DNA from: Dehalococcoidia bacterium UBA1151
GTDB taxonomy: Bacteria; Chloroflexota; Dehalococcoidia; Lucifugimonadales; Lucifugimonadaceae
Length of the DNA stretch: 32,798 nt
Assembly: GCA_002311865.1 (NCBI GenBank)
Contig: DBZV01000104.1
Coordinates: 6,881 to 39,678 of the forward strand
Direction of reading: 5' to 3'
In this document: positions 1 through 6,822 of the stretch, one piece after another
How positions within the stretch are numbered: position 1 is the stretch's first letter
How the letters are laid out: each line of letters starts with the position of its first letter
Made by a program: the position numbers and the translations under genes
The notes under the pieces: generated by a model
The model's input: the letters and a program-made list of their open reading frames with translations, nothing else
What the model was told of the DNA's origin: nothing
Databases searched by the model: none

Positions 1-420
1 GTCGGCGTTGTTTGTTATGAGATCGAACAGAGCGACTGATTCGAAATTTGCCAGCATCTCTTCCCGGAGTGAGAAGTAGTTGCCTTGCGGCTGGGCATCG
101 ATGAACAGTTGAACGCTGCCGATTCCGTGTGGTCCTTCACGGATGACGGTCGGCGGAACGCGTGGCCAACCCAGTGCAGCACTCAACTCAAACGATGCCG
201 TTTCGCGCTTGTATAGCGTTCCGGCAGGAAAATCTCGCAGAGGGCGCTCGCCACTCTGCGGCTTGTAGACGGCGTGCACTGGCTCCAGTCCATCCCCGGT
301 TTTTAGTCGCACGATGAAGACGTAGTTCGAACCTTCTGGGTGCAGGCCCATACCGTCAATTTCAGCCGTCTTGAGAAGCTCTAGCGTTTCGCCCAACCCG
401 CCGGCATCGCGTTCGCCCAT
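1..420 (-). CDS. SCO1664 family protein (TIGR03843-type, kinase-like), first 140 codons only; the 3' end lies beyond the window edge
   Basis: Absent from the ORF track because it runs off the edge. Hand translation from ATG (comp. 418-420) gives MGERDAGGLGETLELLKTAEIDGMGLHPEGSNYVFIVRLKTGDGLEPVHAVYKPQSGERPLRDFPAGTLYKRETASFELSAALGWPRVPPTVIREGPHGIGSVQLFIDAQ...ALFDLITNNAD and is open to position 1. It starts 17 nt after the stop of DUF3090, its usual partner gene. Confidence 0.7.
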   Translation of the reverse strand, partial: MGERDAGGLGETLELLKTAEIDGMGLHPEGSNYVFIVRLKTGDGLEPVHAVYKPQSGERPLRDFPAGTLYKRETASFELSAALGWPRVPPTVIREGPHGIGSVQLFIDAQPQGNYFSLREEMLANFESVALFDLITNNAD

Positions 421-437
421 TTCTGGAGACCCGGCGC

Positions 438-977
438 TCAGGCCAGCTCGAAGTCACCTTTGTGGTGACCGTTGGTTTTGGGGCAGACGTGTCCCTCAGG
501 GTCCTTTGGCCCGCCGCACAACTCGCAGCGCGGCCGACCGCGTCCTGCGGCATCAATCGCCTGTTGAGAGAGTTTGATTGCCATAGTGCGCCCAAAACTG
601 AACTGAACCGTCGCGGGTGCTTCCTGTACCTGATCCTCGTCTTCATTGACAGGATCGACCGCTTCAATCGTGAACGTATCACTGTCCGAGTCATGCCTGA
701 TTCGGAGATCGGAAGCCTTGAACTCGGCATCTGCCGGCGATGAGGGCGCGGCTAGTTCTGGCTCGAAATCCTTTGGATCGTCTGTGGCCACCTCGGTAGC
801 GGTGAACTGCCTGATGGCGAGACCGATCTGGAAAAGCTGCTCCTTCTCCATCCATATGACCGCACGGCCCCTTGAACTCTCCGCGGTGATTTTGAACGTG
901 CGCTTTCCCGGCTCACCAACATCGGTGGCGTCCATCGTCTCGATAACTCCGAGATCTATTCGCTCATGCTCCATCAA
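438..977 (-). CDS. DUF3090 domain-containing protein (TIGR03847-type conserved hypothetical)
   Basis: 179-aa ORF. It has an acidic middle region and the family-typical C-terminal knuckle RPRCELCGGPKDPEGHVCPKTNGHHK. It sits directly upstream of the SCO1664-family gene. Confidence 0.75.
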   Translation of the reverse strand: MMEHERIDLGVIETMDATDVGEPGKRTFKITAESSRGRAVIWMEKEQLFQIGLAIRQFTATEVATDDPKDFEPELAAPSSPADAEFKASDLRIRHDSDSDTFTIEAVDPVNEDEDQVQEAPATVQFSFGRTMAIKLSQQAIDAAGRGRPRCELCGGPKDPEGHVCPKTNGHHKGDFELA

Positions 978-1063
978 TGGATTTCAGGCTCCTGACGAAG
1001 TGGGGAAGCATACTGATCAACATGCGGTATGGGGGATCGACCGACCTTATGGATGTATCGATT

Positions 1064-1996
1064 TTACGCATTCTTCAGCTTCGGGAGAATTTCTCGTCCT
1101 GTGACTTCAATCTGTTCCGTCTGGCGCTCCGCCGGTGCAAGCCAGCTCAACAAGATATCTTCGGCTCCCGCTTCGCCAAACGCTTTCAGCTGCTCCACGC
1201 ACTCATCGGGAGTGCCAATGAGACAGTATCGCTCGGCCAGCTCACGGTAATCACCATCGTAGTTGTAACCGGCGCGCAGGCCATCGGTCGCGAGCTCCAG
1301 CGCCTCTTCGCGCGTCTCGCCAATCGCCGTCATCAGGTGCAGGCTCCAGCCGAATCCCTCGGTAGTGCGGCCCGCGTCGGCCATCATGTTGTTAATAGTT
1401 TCGACCGATCGCGCATAGGTCGATGGCCGGTAGAGATACGGAATCCAGCCGGAGCCCTTGTCGACCGCCCGTTTCATCGCAGGCTCGGTACGGCCTCCCA
1501 CCCAGATGGGCGGTCCGCCTTCCTGCACTGGCGATGGGTAGAAGGTGAGGCCTTCGCAGGAGAAGAACCGGCCGGTGTGGGTCACGTCAACCTCGGTCCA
1601 GAGTCGCTTCATCAGGATCAGTGACTCGTCCATTCGGGCGCCGCGCTGCTTTACGGGCACGTCCAGGGCATCCCATTCGCCAGGGAACTCACCGCCAATG
1701 CCAACACCAAGTGTGAGCCGCCCGCCGGAAGCTGCATCAACAATGCTGGCCTCTTTCGCAAGCATTATCGGGTGGTGAAGCGGGACGATAATTACTGATG
1801 TCAGCAGCCTGATCGAAGTTGTGGCTCCCGCCGCTGTGGCTAGCGCGGAGAGTGATATCTGCGTCGATCCGGGACGATCATCGCGGTAGATGTGCTCTCC
1901 CGCTCCTATGAAATCAAATCCAAGCTTCTCAGAGAGCCTTGCGTGGGCAGCTGTTTTGTATGGATCAGCAAGGTTGGAGCCAATCCTCAATGTCAT
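1064..1996 (-). CDS. LLM class (luciferase-like) flavin/F420-dependent oxidoreductase
   Basis: Luciferase-like monooxygenase pattern: LGFDFIGAGEH, HHPIMLAKEASIVDAASGGRLTLGVGIG, GGPPIWVGG, and a C-terminal LIGTPDECVEQL. The ORF-track start (2026) is TTG. I prefer the ATG at comp. 1994-1996 (MTLRIGSNL), which follows a GAAGAGGA Shine-Dalgarno-like run. Confidence 0.8.
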   Translation of the reverse strand: MTLRIGSNLADPYKTAAHARLSEKLGFDFIGAGEHIYRDDRPGSTQISLSALATAAGATTSIRLLTSVIIVPLHHPIMLAKEASIVDAASGGRLTLGVGIGGEFPGEWDALDVPVKQRGARMDESLILMKRLWTEVDVTHTGRFFSCEGLTFYPSPVQEGGPPIWVGGRTEPAMKRAVDKGSGWIPYLYRPSTYARSVETINNMMADAGRTTEGFGWSLHLMTAIGETREEALELATDGLRAGYNYDGDYRELAERYCLIGTPDECVEQLKAFGEAGAEDILLSWLAPAERQTEQIEVTGREILPKLKNA

Positions 1997-2103
1997 CGCG
2001 TCCTCTTCTTGTTCATGAGATGTCAATGCGGGCCCGTATCTGTGCCCTGGGATGATTTTCGGGTGCTTGGCACAGTATCGTATCGTGCGCCATTAGATTA
2101 GCG

Positions 2104-2112
2104 TGATAAAAT
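2104..2112 (+). promoter_or_regulatory. Candidate extended -10 promoter (TGATAAAAT) for the T-box leader and cimA
   Basis: TGnTAAAAT lies at 2104-2112, about 10 nt upstream of where the T-box leader elements begin. There is no good -35 hexamer. Confidence 0.35.
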
Positions 2113-2120
2113 TCGGTATT

Positions 2121-2424
2121 AGAGGCGTTGGACGCTGCTCCGATGATAGTGGAGTAGCGCCTGAACGGAGACGAGTATTTCGGTAGAGCCAATTAGCGAG
2201 CCTGGTTGGGTGTGAGCAGGCGCGGTGAACCCGGGAGAAAATCCCTTCGAAGCTGCCATCCGAAATCCCGATGCATGGGAGAGTAGACATGGCCGGGTAA
2301 GCGATCCGTTATCAGTCGCTGGGACATGAATACGTGTCCCGCCGAGCGTTCTCGATTCACATCGAGGGAACTCAGGGTGGTATCGCGGGCCAACATCCCG
2401 TCCCTGTTATGGACGGGTTTTTTT
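2121..2424 (+). promoter_or_regulatory. T-box riboswitch leader (tRNA-sensing transcription attenuator)
   Basis: The canonical elements occur in the correct order. They are: GAUGA K-turn motif 2142-2146; AGUA 2153-2156; AG-bulge UUAGCGA 2193-2199; distal hairpin GCCUG/CAGGC 2200-2221 with loop GUUGGGUGUGAG; F-box CCGUUA 2306-2311; Stem III GGGACA/UGUCCC 2321-2340; T-box sequence AGGGUGGUAUCGCG 2374-2387 (1 mismatch to AGGGUGGUACCGCG); and a terminator at 2397-2424 that overlaps the antiterminator 3' strand. Confidence 0.8.
2397..2424 (+). terminator. Intrinsic terminator of the T-box leader
   Basis: Stem CCCGTCC (2397-2403), loop CTGTTAT, stem GGACGGG (2411-2417), then TTTTTTT (2418-2424). 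It lies 33 nt upstream of the cimA ATG. Confidence 0.8.
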
Positions 2425-2456
2425 GTGCCTGCAAATCTCCCGGGAGAGATAAGAAT

Positions 2457-4058
2457 ATGACCGGAATAGAGCTCTACGACGCAACGCTTCGCGACGGTAC
2501 GCAGATGGAGGGGATCTCCATCTCTGTCGACGATAAGCTGGCAATTGCGCAGCGGCTGGATGAGATTGGCTTTCACTACATTGAAGGCGGCTATGCAGGG
2601 GCCAATCCGAAGGACGATGAGTTCTTTCGGCGCGCAAGGTCGTTGAAGCTCAAGAACGCCAAGATCACGGCTTTTGGGAACACTCGTCGAGCTGGAGTGG
2701 AACCGCAAGACGACACGGTGCTGAAAGCGCTTCTTGCCTCAGAGGTCGAGGTGATCACGCTGGTGGGCAAATCCTCAGAGATGCAGGTCAACGAGGTTCT
2801 TGAGTGCTCACTCGAGGAGAATCTGGCCATGATCGCCGACTCTGTCAGGTATATGAAAACGAACGGTCGGCAGGTGTTTTTCGATGCTGAGCACTTCTTC
2901 GATGGGTATAAAGCGAACTCGGACTACGCTCTCCAGACATTGAGGGTGGCGGTTGAGCATGGTGCTGAAACGGTGATTCTCTGCGATACCAACGGCGGGA
3001 CGCTTCCCACCGAAGTTGGCGAGATTGTGGCCGATGTGAAGTCGAAGATCGACGTCAAACTCGGTATCCACACCCACAACGACACAGACACTGCCGTCGC
3101 TTCAGCGCTGGCGGCAATTGAGGCCGGCGTAGAGCAGGTACAGGGCTGCGTGAACGGCTACGGCGAGCGCACCGGTAACGCGAATTTGATCAGCCTTGCG
3201 GCGAACCTGAAGCTCAAGATGGGAATCAACGCCATCAGCGATGAGCAGCTTGCCGGGCTCACCGAGCTGTCGAACTACGTGGCGGAGGTCGTCAACCTGC
3301 CGCCGCATACTTACCAGCCATATGTGGGTGCAAACGCCTTCAACCACAAAGGTGGGTTGCACTCCGCAGCCGTCCAGAAAGTTGAAGACGCCTATCAGCA
3401 CATCAAGCCAGAGCAGGTTGGCAACTCAAAAGGATTTGTTGTCTCCGAACTCGCTGGACGGGGCACCGTTCTCAAGAGAATCGAAGATCTTGAACTCGAG
3501 CAGGAACTTACGAAAGAAGATGCCCGCGACATCATCAACATGGTCAAGGAAAAAGAGGCCGGAGGGTTCCAGTTCGAGCGCGCAGACGCGTCGTTTGAAC
3601 TGATGGTTCGCCGTACCTTGCCCAACTATGACCCGCCATTCGAGTTGATCGACTTCCGGGTACTCGTCGAGAACCGAGGGCACGGCCGCGCCGCCGATGG
3701 CTCGCAGATTACGTCTGAGGCGACGATCAAGGTACGCGTCGGTGAAGAGGTGCTGCACACCGCAGCGGAGGGCAACGGGCCAGTCAACGCGCTTGACGCC
3801 GCGCTGCGAAAGGCGCTGCTTCAGAGCTACCCGGCGCTGGAAGGGGTCAAGCTAACTGACTACAAAGTGCGCGTAGTTTCAGACAGCACCGGGACGAACG
3901 CGGTGGTTCGCGTGATCATCGAGACCACAGATGGTATTGAGACGTGGCGAGGAGTTGGCGCATCGCCAAACATTCTTGAGGCCAGCTGGTTGGCCCTGGC
4001 TGACTGCATGGAGTACTGGTTGGTGCATCACGTTGCCAATGGGGGCAACAGGGCCTAG
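2457..4058 (+). CDS. cimA: Citramalate synthase (LeuA-related, TIGR00977 type)
   Basis: N-terminus MTGIELYDATLRDGTQMEGISISVDDKLAIAQRLDEIGFHYIEGGYAGANPKDDEFF closely resembles Geobacter-type CimA. It also has HTHNDTDTAVA, a C-terminal LeuA-dimer-like domain and a length of about 533 aa. The start moves from the ORF-track 2334 to the ATG at 2457 (GGGAGAG SD at 2442-2448), because 2334-2456 contains the T-box sequence and its terminator. Confidence 0.85.
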   Translation: MTGIELYDATLRDGTQMEGISISVDDKLAIAQRLDEIGFHYIEGGYAGANPKDDEFFRRARSLKLKNAKITAFGNTRRAGVEPQDDTVLKALLASEVEVITLVGKSSEMQVNEVLECSLEENLAMIADSVRYMKTNGRQVFFDAEHFFDGYKANSDYALQTLRVAVEHGAETVILCDTNGGTLPTEVGEIVADVKSKIDVKLGIHTHNDTDTAVASALAAIEAGVEQVQGCVNGYGERTGNANLISLAANLKLKMGINAISDEQLAGLTELSNYVAEVVNLPPHTYQPYVGANAFNHKGGLHSAAVQKVEDAYQHIKPEQVGNSKGFVVSELAGRGTVLKRIEDLELEQELTKEDARDIINMVKEKEAGGFQFERADASFELMVRRTLPNYDPPFELIDFRVLVENRGHGRAADGSQITSEATIKVRVGEEVLHTAAEGNGPVNALDAALRKALLQSYPALEGVKLTDYKVRVVSDSTGTNAVVRVIIETTDGIETWRGVGASPNILEASWLALADCMEYWLVHHVANGGNRA

Positions 4059-5041
4059 ATCTGCTTCACGCCCAGAAACGCCCGCTTGACGCGATCCAGG
4101 ACTGAGCCTCGGCGCGGCCTCAGGTCGTTGGCTGCGAATGTGACGATGTCCTGTGATCCTGCCAGCACTGGCCGCACCCACCGACGGAGCCGCCGCATTG
4201 TGTTCGGCGTGGGTTCGTATCGCCTGTCGAACGTGCGGAAGGGGATCCACTCGTCCGTGAGGATTCCATCTTCGTTCATGCCAGGCGCCATCACGTAGCC
4301 GCCAGCCTCCTGGACGATCAGGATGCCGCCCGCGTAGTCCCACGGGGCTGCCCAGCCACCCAGCATCAATTGGAGCTTGCCGCTGGCAATCATCAGTAGA
4401 TCGTACACAATGCTCCCGCTAGACCGTGGGTCGCCCATAGACTTGCGAAGACCATCGCCAAGTCTGAACATCCTGTTCACTTCCATTGGCACAGAGGTAG
4501 TTCTGCCGTGCTGAGGCCCAGGCCCTGGGGTGGGGCCTTTGACTGCGATTTTCTCCTCATCGCGCCATGCGCCGCCATGCAGTCGAGCGTGGAATATTGA
4601 GTACCCTCGCTCATTCGGCCACGGTATGTAGCAAGCCCCAACCACTGGAGCGCCGCGAAACAGGACACCTATCGAAACGGCGTACGTGGGCAGGGCATTG
4701 GCGTAGTTCGTCGTTCCATCTACAGGATCGACCGCCCAGACAAAATCTGGTGCAGGAGGGTCGGCGTCGGGCGGATCTTCCTCGCCCAGCAGTGCGTGCT
4801 CAGGGTAGTTGGCCCGCATATGGGCTTCCACCAGGCGCTGGCTATCTCGGTCCACCTCGGTCACCAGACTGCGGGTAGCATCTTCCTTCTCCTCCACGAC
4901 GAGCTGAGTTTCAAATCGGCTGGCGACGTATGTTCCGGCCTCAAGAACCGCCACTTGTGCCGAGGATTCGAGCGCGACTAACGCTTCTTCTGACAGTCCA
5001 AACGGCAGACTTTCTGGAGATGTAGAGCCTGGTTCAATCAA
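4055..5041 (-). CDS. Inositol monophosphatase family protein (SuhB/HisN-like fold) with a roughly 70-aa C-terminal extension
   Basis: IMPase motifs LLGEEDPP, WAVDPVDGTTNYANALPTYAVSIG and WDYAGGILIVQEAGG. At 328 aa it is longer than typical family members. Confidence 0.75.
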   Translation of the reverse strand: MIEPGSTSPESLPFGLSEEALVALESSAQVAVLEAGTYVASRFETQLVVEEKEDATRSLVTEVDRDSQRLVEAHMRANYPEHALLGEEDPPDADPPAPDFVWAVDPVDGTTNYANALPTYAVSIGVLFRGAPVVGACYIPWPNERGYSIFHARLHGGAWRDEEKIAVKGPTPGPGPQHGRTTSVPMEVNRMFRLGDGLRKSMGDPRSSGSIVYDLLMIASGKLQLMLGGWAAPWDYAGGILIVQEAGGYVMAPGMNEDGILTDEWIPFRTFDRRYEPTPNTMRRLRRWVRPVLAGSQDIVTFAANDLRPRRGSVLDRVKRAFLGVKQI

Positions 5042-5323
5042 ATCAGATCAACTCTTTTATGTTCGTTGCACGTATCAACAGTTGGACAGGGAAGTGCTAT
5101 CAGGGAAAACGGCATGTGACCATGCGTCGCGCACACATCCTAGAACACCATGGTCGGTTCGCTTACAATTTTACGAAGAATCAGCGCTCAAGAATCCCGG
5201 GACTCGCTGCCCACACGACTATATGACACCTTGATAAGGTGCTAAAGACTCACCTTCCATTGTGGGGGTGAATCGCGAAACCCGCGAACTTGAGCCCGAA
5301 ACGACGATGGGATTGCGATAGGC

Positions 5324-5917
5324 ATGCCGATATTCAGTAGAAATCAGGAACCCTTGGACGACTGGGCGGTAATCCAGACGATCCTTCACGCCGAGTCACA
5401 ACTGCACGGGCAAAGTGAAATCACTCCATCCAGGCGCGCTGGAGTCCTCTACCGACCAGATGACGGGAACCAGTTTCTCTCCACGCTGGAGCGGCAGCTG
5501 ATCCATATTCTCAATGAGGGCGAGGGGGCGACCAAGACCGCCAGCCGGATTGAGGAAGACGAGCATGGCACGAACTGGGTAGTGATGGACGATGGCAATT
5601 TCGAAGATCTGGTGAGCTCCGTTTATACCATTGGCAACGCGATGCAGTACAACGAAGCCGGGCAGCACAGAATTGCGGCGGTTTTCGAGTTCTACCGCAG
5701 TGGGAATGTCGCTGGGGAGAATGATTGGGCTCCCGGGTCGGTTGGTTACTGGGTATACCGGTATGATCGTCAGCGCTTCTATCCTTTTGTGCCGGAAGGC
5801 AAGGAAGCGCGGAATCGCGCCGGTGAAATGCAGATTAGCCAGATGATGCGCAGAGCCAACATCTCTGTTGAAAAAGAGATGGAAGAGTGGCGACCAATAT
5901 GGGGCATCCCGTTCTAA
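5324..5917 (+). CDS. Conserved hypothetical protein, function unknown
   Basis: 197-aa ORF with an ATG start and coding-like composition. Its C-terminal half is distinctive: IAAVFEFY...GYWVYRYDRQRFYPFVPEGKEARNRAGEMQI...EEWRPIWGIPF. I vaguely recall similar actinobacterial hypotheticals but cannot name a family with confidence. Confidence 0.55.
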   Translation: MPIFSRNQEPLDDWAVIQTILHAESQLHGQSEITPSRRAGVLYRPDDGNQFLSTLERQLIHILNEGEGATKTASRIEEDEHGTNWVVMDDGNFEDLVSSVYTIGNAMQYNEAGQHRIAAVFEFYRSGNVAGENDWAPGSVGYWVYRYDRQRFYPFVPEGKEARNRAGEMQISQMMRRANISVEKEMEEWRPIWGIPF

Positions 5918-5938
5918 ATAGACACCACGCACTTACGA

Positions 5939-6571
5939 ATGGTGAATAGCACGCCGATGGAATCGACAAGACCGATCATCGGCGTTCTTGCTGTTGGCGA
6001 GCCTGATAGGTCTGCAGCAGTATCTGTAATCGACCTGCTCGGTGGATTAGCTCGGGTCCGTGCATGGGACGACGGTGTTGATGGATTGGATGGGCTATGC
6101 GTGCTTGGTAGCAATGGATTTAGTCTCAGCGAATCGCCTGCGCCCACACTGATCACCGAAACGCTCAGTGCGGACATACCGTTGCTGGCGATTGAGGGCG
6201 GGATGCATGCGCTCAACGTCGCGCTTGGCGGTGCCCCCCCTGGTCCAACCCCATCGCATTGCAGCGAGGATGGCAGTCTGGCCAAGGATGGCATGTTCAT
6301 GGCGCTGGGTAGCAAGCTTGCCGATACGATTGGTGGCGCGGGCTTCGTCAGCCCCGCGTCGTGCCATGCTTATGGCATATCGCGGGGTGTGCTGGCTCCC
6401 GGAACCCTGGCGTCCGCATATTCCAATAGCGATGGCACAATCGAGGCGTTTGAAGTAACCGCTAACCGGTGGGTGATCGCGGTCCAATGGCCTGCGCATA
6501 GATTGGAAGATCAGCCCTCGGGATTCGACAATCTGTTCCACGCCCTGATTGGACATTCCGCCGTCGGTTAG
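5939..6571 (+). CDS. Class-I glutamine amidotransferase / peptidase C26-like protein lacking the nucleophile Cys (probable pseudoenzyme)
   Basis: IPLLAIEGGMHALNVALGG aligns with the family motif xPxLGICRGxQxLNVALGG, with Cys replaced by Glu. WVIAVQWPAHRLE aligns with VxGVQWHPE, with the His-Pro-Glu disrupted. It starts 21 nt after the preceding ORF. Confidence 0.6.
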   Translation: MVNSTPMESTRPIIGVLAVGEPDRSAAVSVIDLLGGLARVRAWDDGVDGLDGLCVLGSNGFSLSESPAPTLITETLSADIPLLAIEGGMHALNVALGGAPPGPTPSHCSEDGSLAKDGMFMALGSKLADTIGGAGFVSPASCHAYGISRGVLAPGTLASAYSNSDGTIEAFEVTANRWVIAVQWPAHRLEDQPSGFDNLFHALIGHSAVG

Positions 6572-6701
6572 CCAACAAGCGCTATCTCCCATCAATTCCC
6601 CCGCTCAAATAGGCTGCTAATTCCTCCTGAATTCGACCCCGTCCGTCGCGCTCGCGCGTGTACGCGCACAAGATTTGGGTCGGTTTTCAACTGTAATTAC
6701 G

Positions 6702-6730
6702 TTGAGAATGACCCTGAGCAGGCGTAAAAT
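6702..6730 (+). promoter_or_regulatory. Candidate sigma-70-type promoter of gyrA
   Basis: TTGAGA (6702-6707), a 17-nt spacer, then TAAAAT (6725-6730). This implies a 5' UTR of about 85-90 nt. Confidence 0.45.
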
Positions 6731-6822
6731 TAGAGGACTTCCAACCCATCTCATATTCGGTCGCCGGGCAGGGGCAAAATTTGCCCTGGTCAGCTAACCG
6801 AAAAATCTCCTGGAGTAGCTCT

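Noticed and set aside
362-1104. Overlapping ORFs 362-730 (-), 462-743 (+) and 646-1104 (+) around DUF3090.
   Set aside because: They are alternative frames of the DUF3090 and SCO1664 coding region. The DUF3090 frame carries the diagnostic C-terminal Cys/His motif.
2193-2708. A 171-aa minus-strand ORF, plus the 41-codon N-terminal extension of cimA (ORF-track start 2334).
   Set aside because: Both cover the T-box leader, including its conserved T-box sequence and a stem-loop with a U7 terminator (2397-2424). cimA homology begins at the ATG at 2457, which has its own SD.
6781-6822. The TTG start at 6781 for gyrA, which adds 14 N-terminal residues.
   Set aside because: The added residues ([13 protein letters not shown]) are not GyrA-like. 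The GTG at 6823 has a GGAG motif 7 nt upstream, and homology begins right after it. The upstream start cannot be formally excluded.
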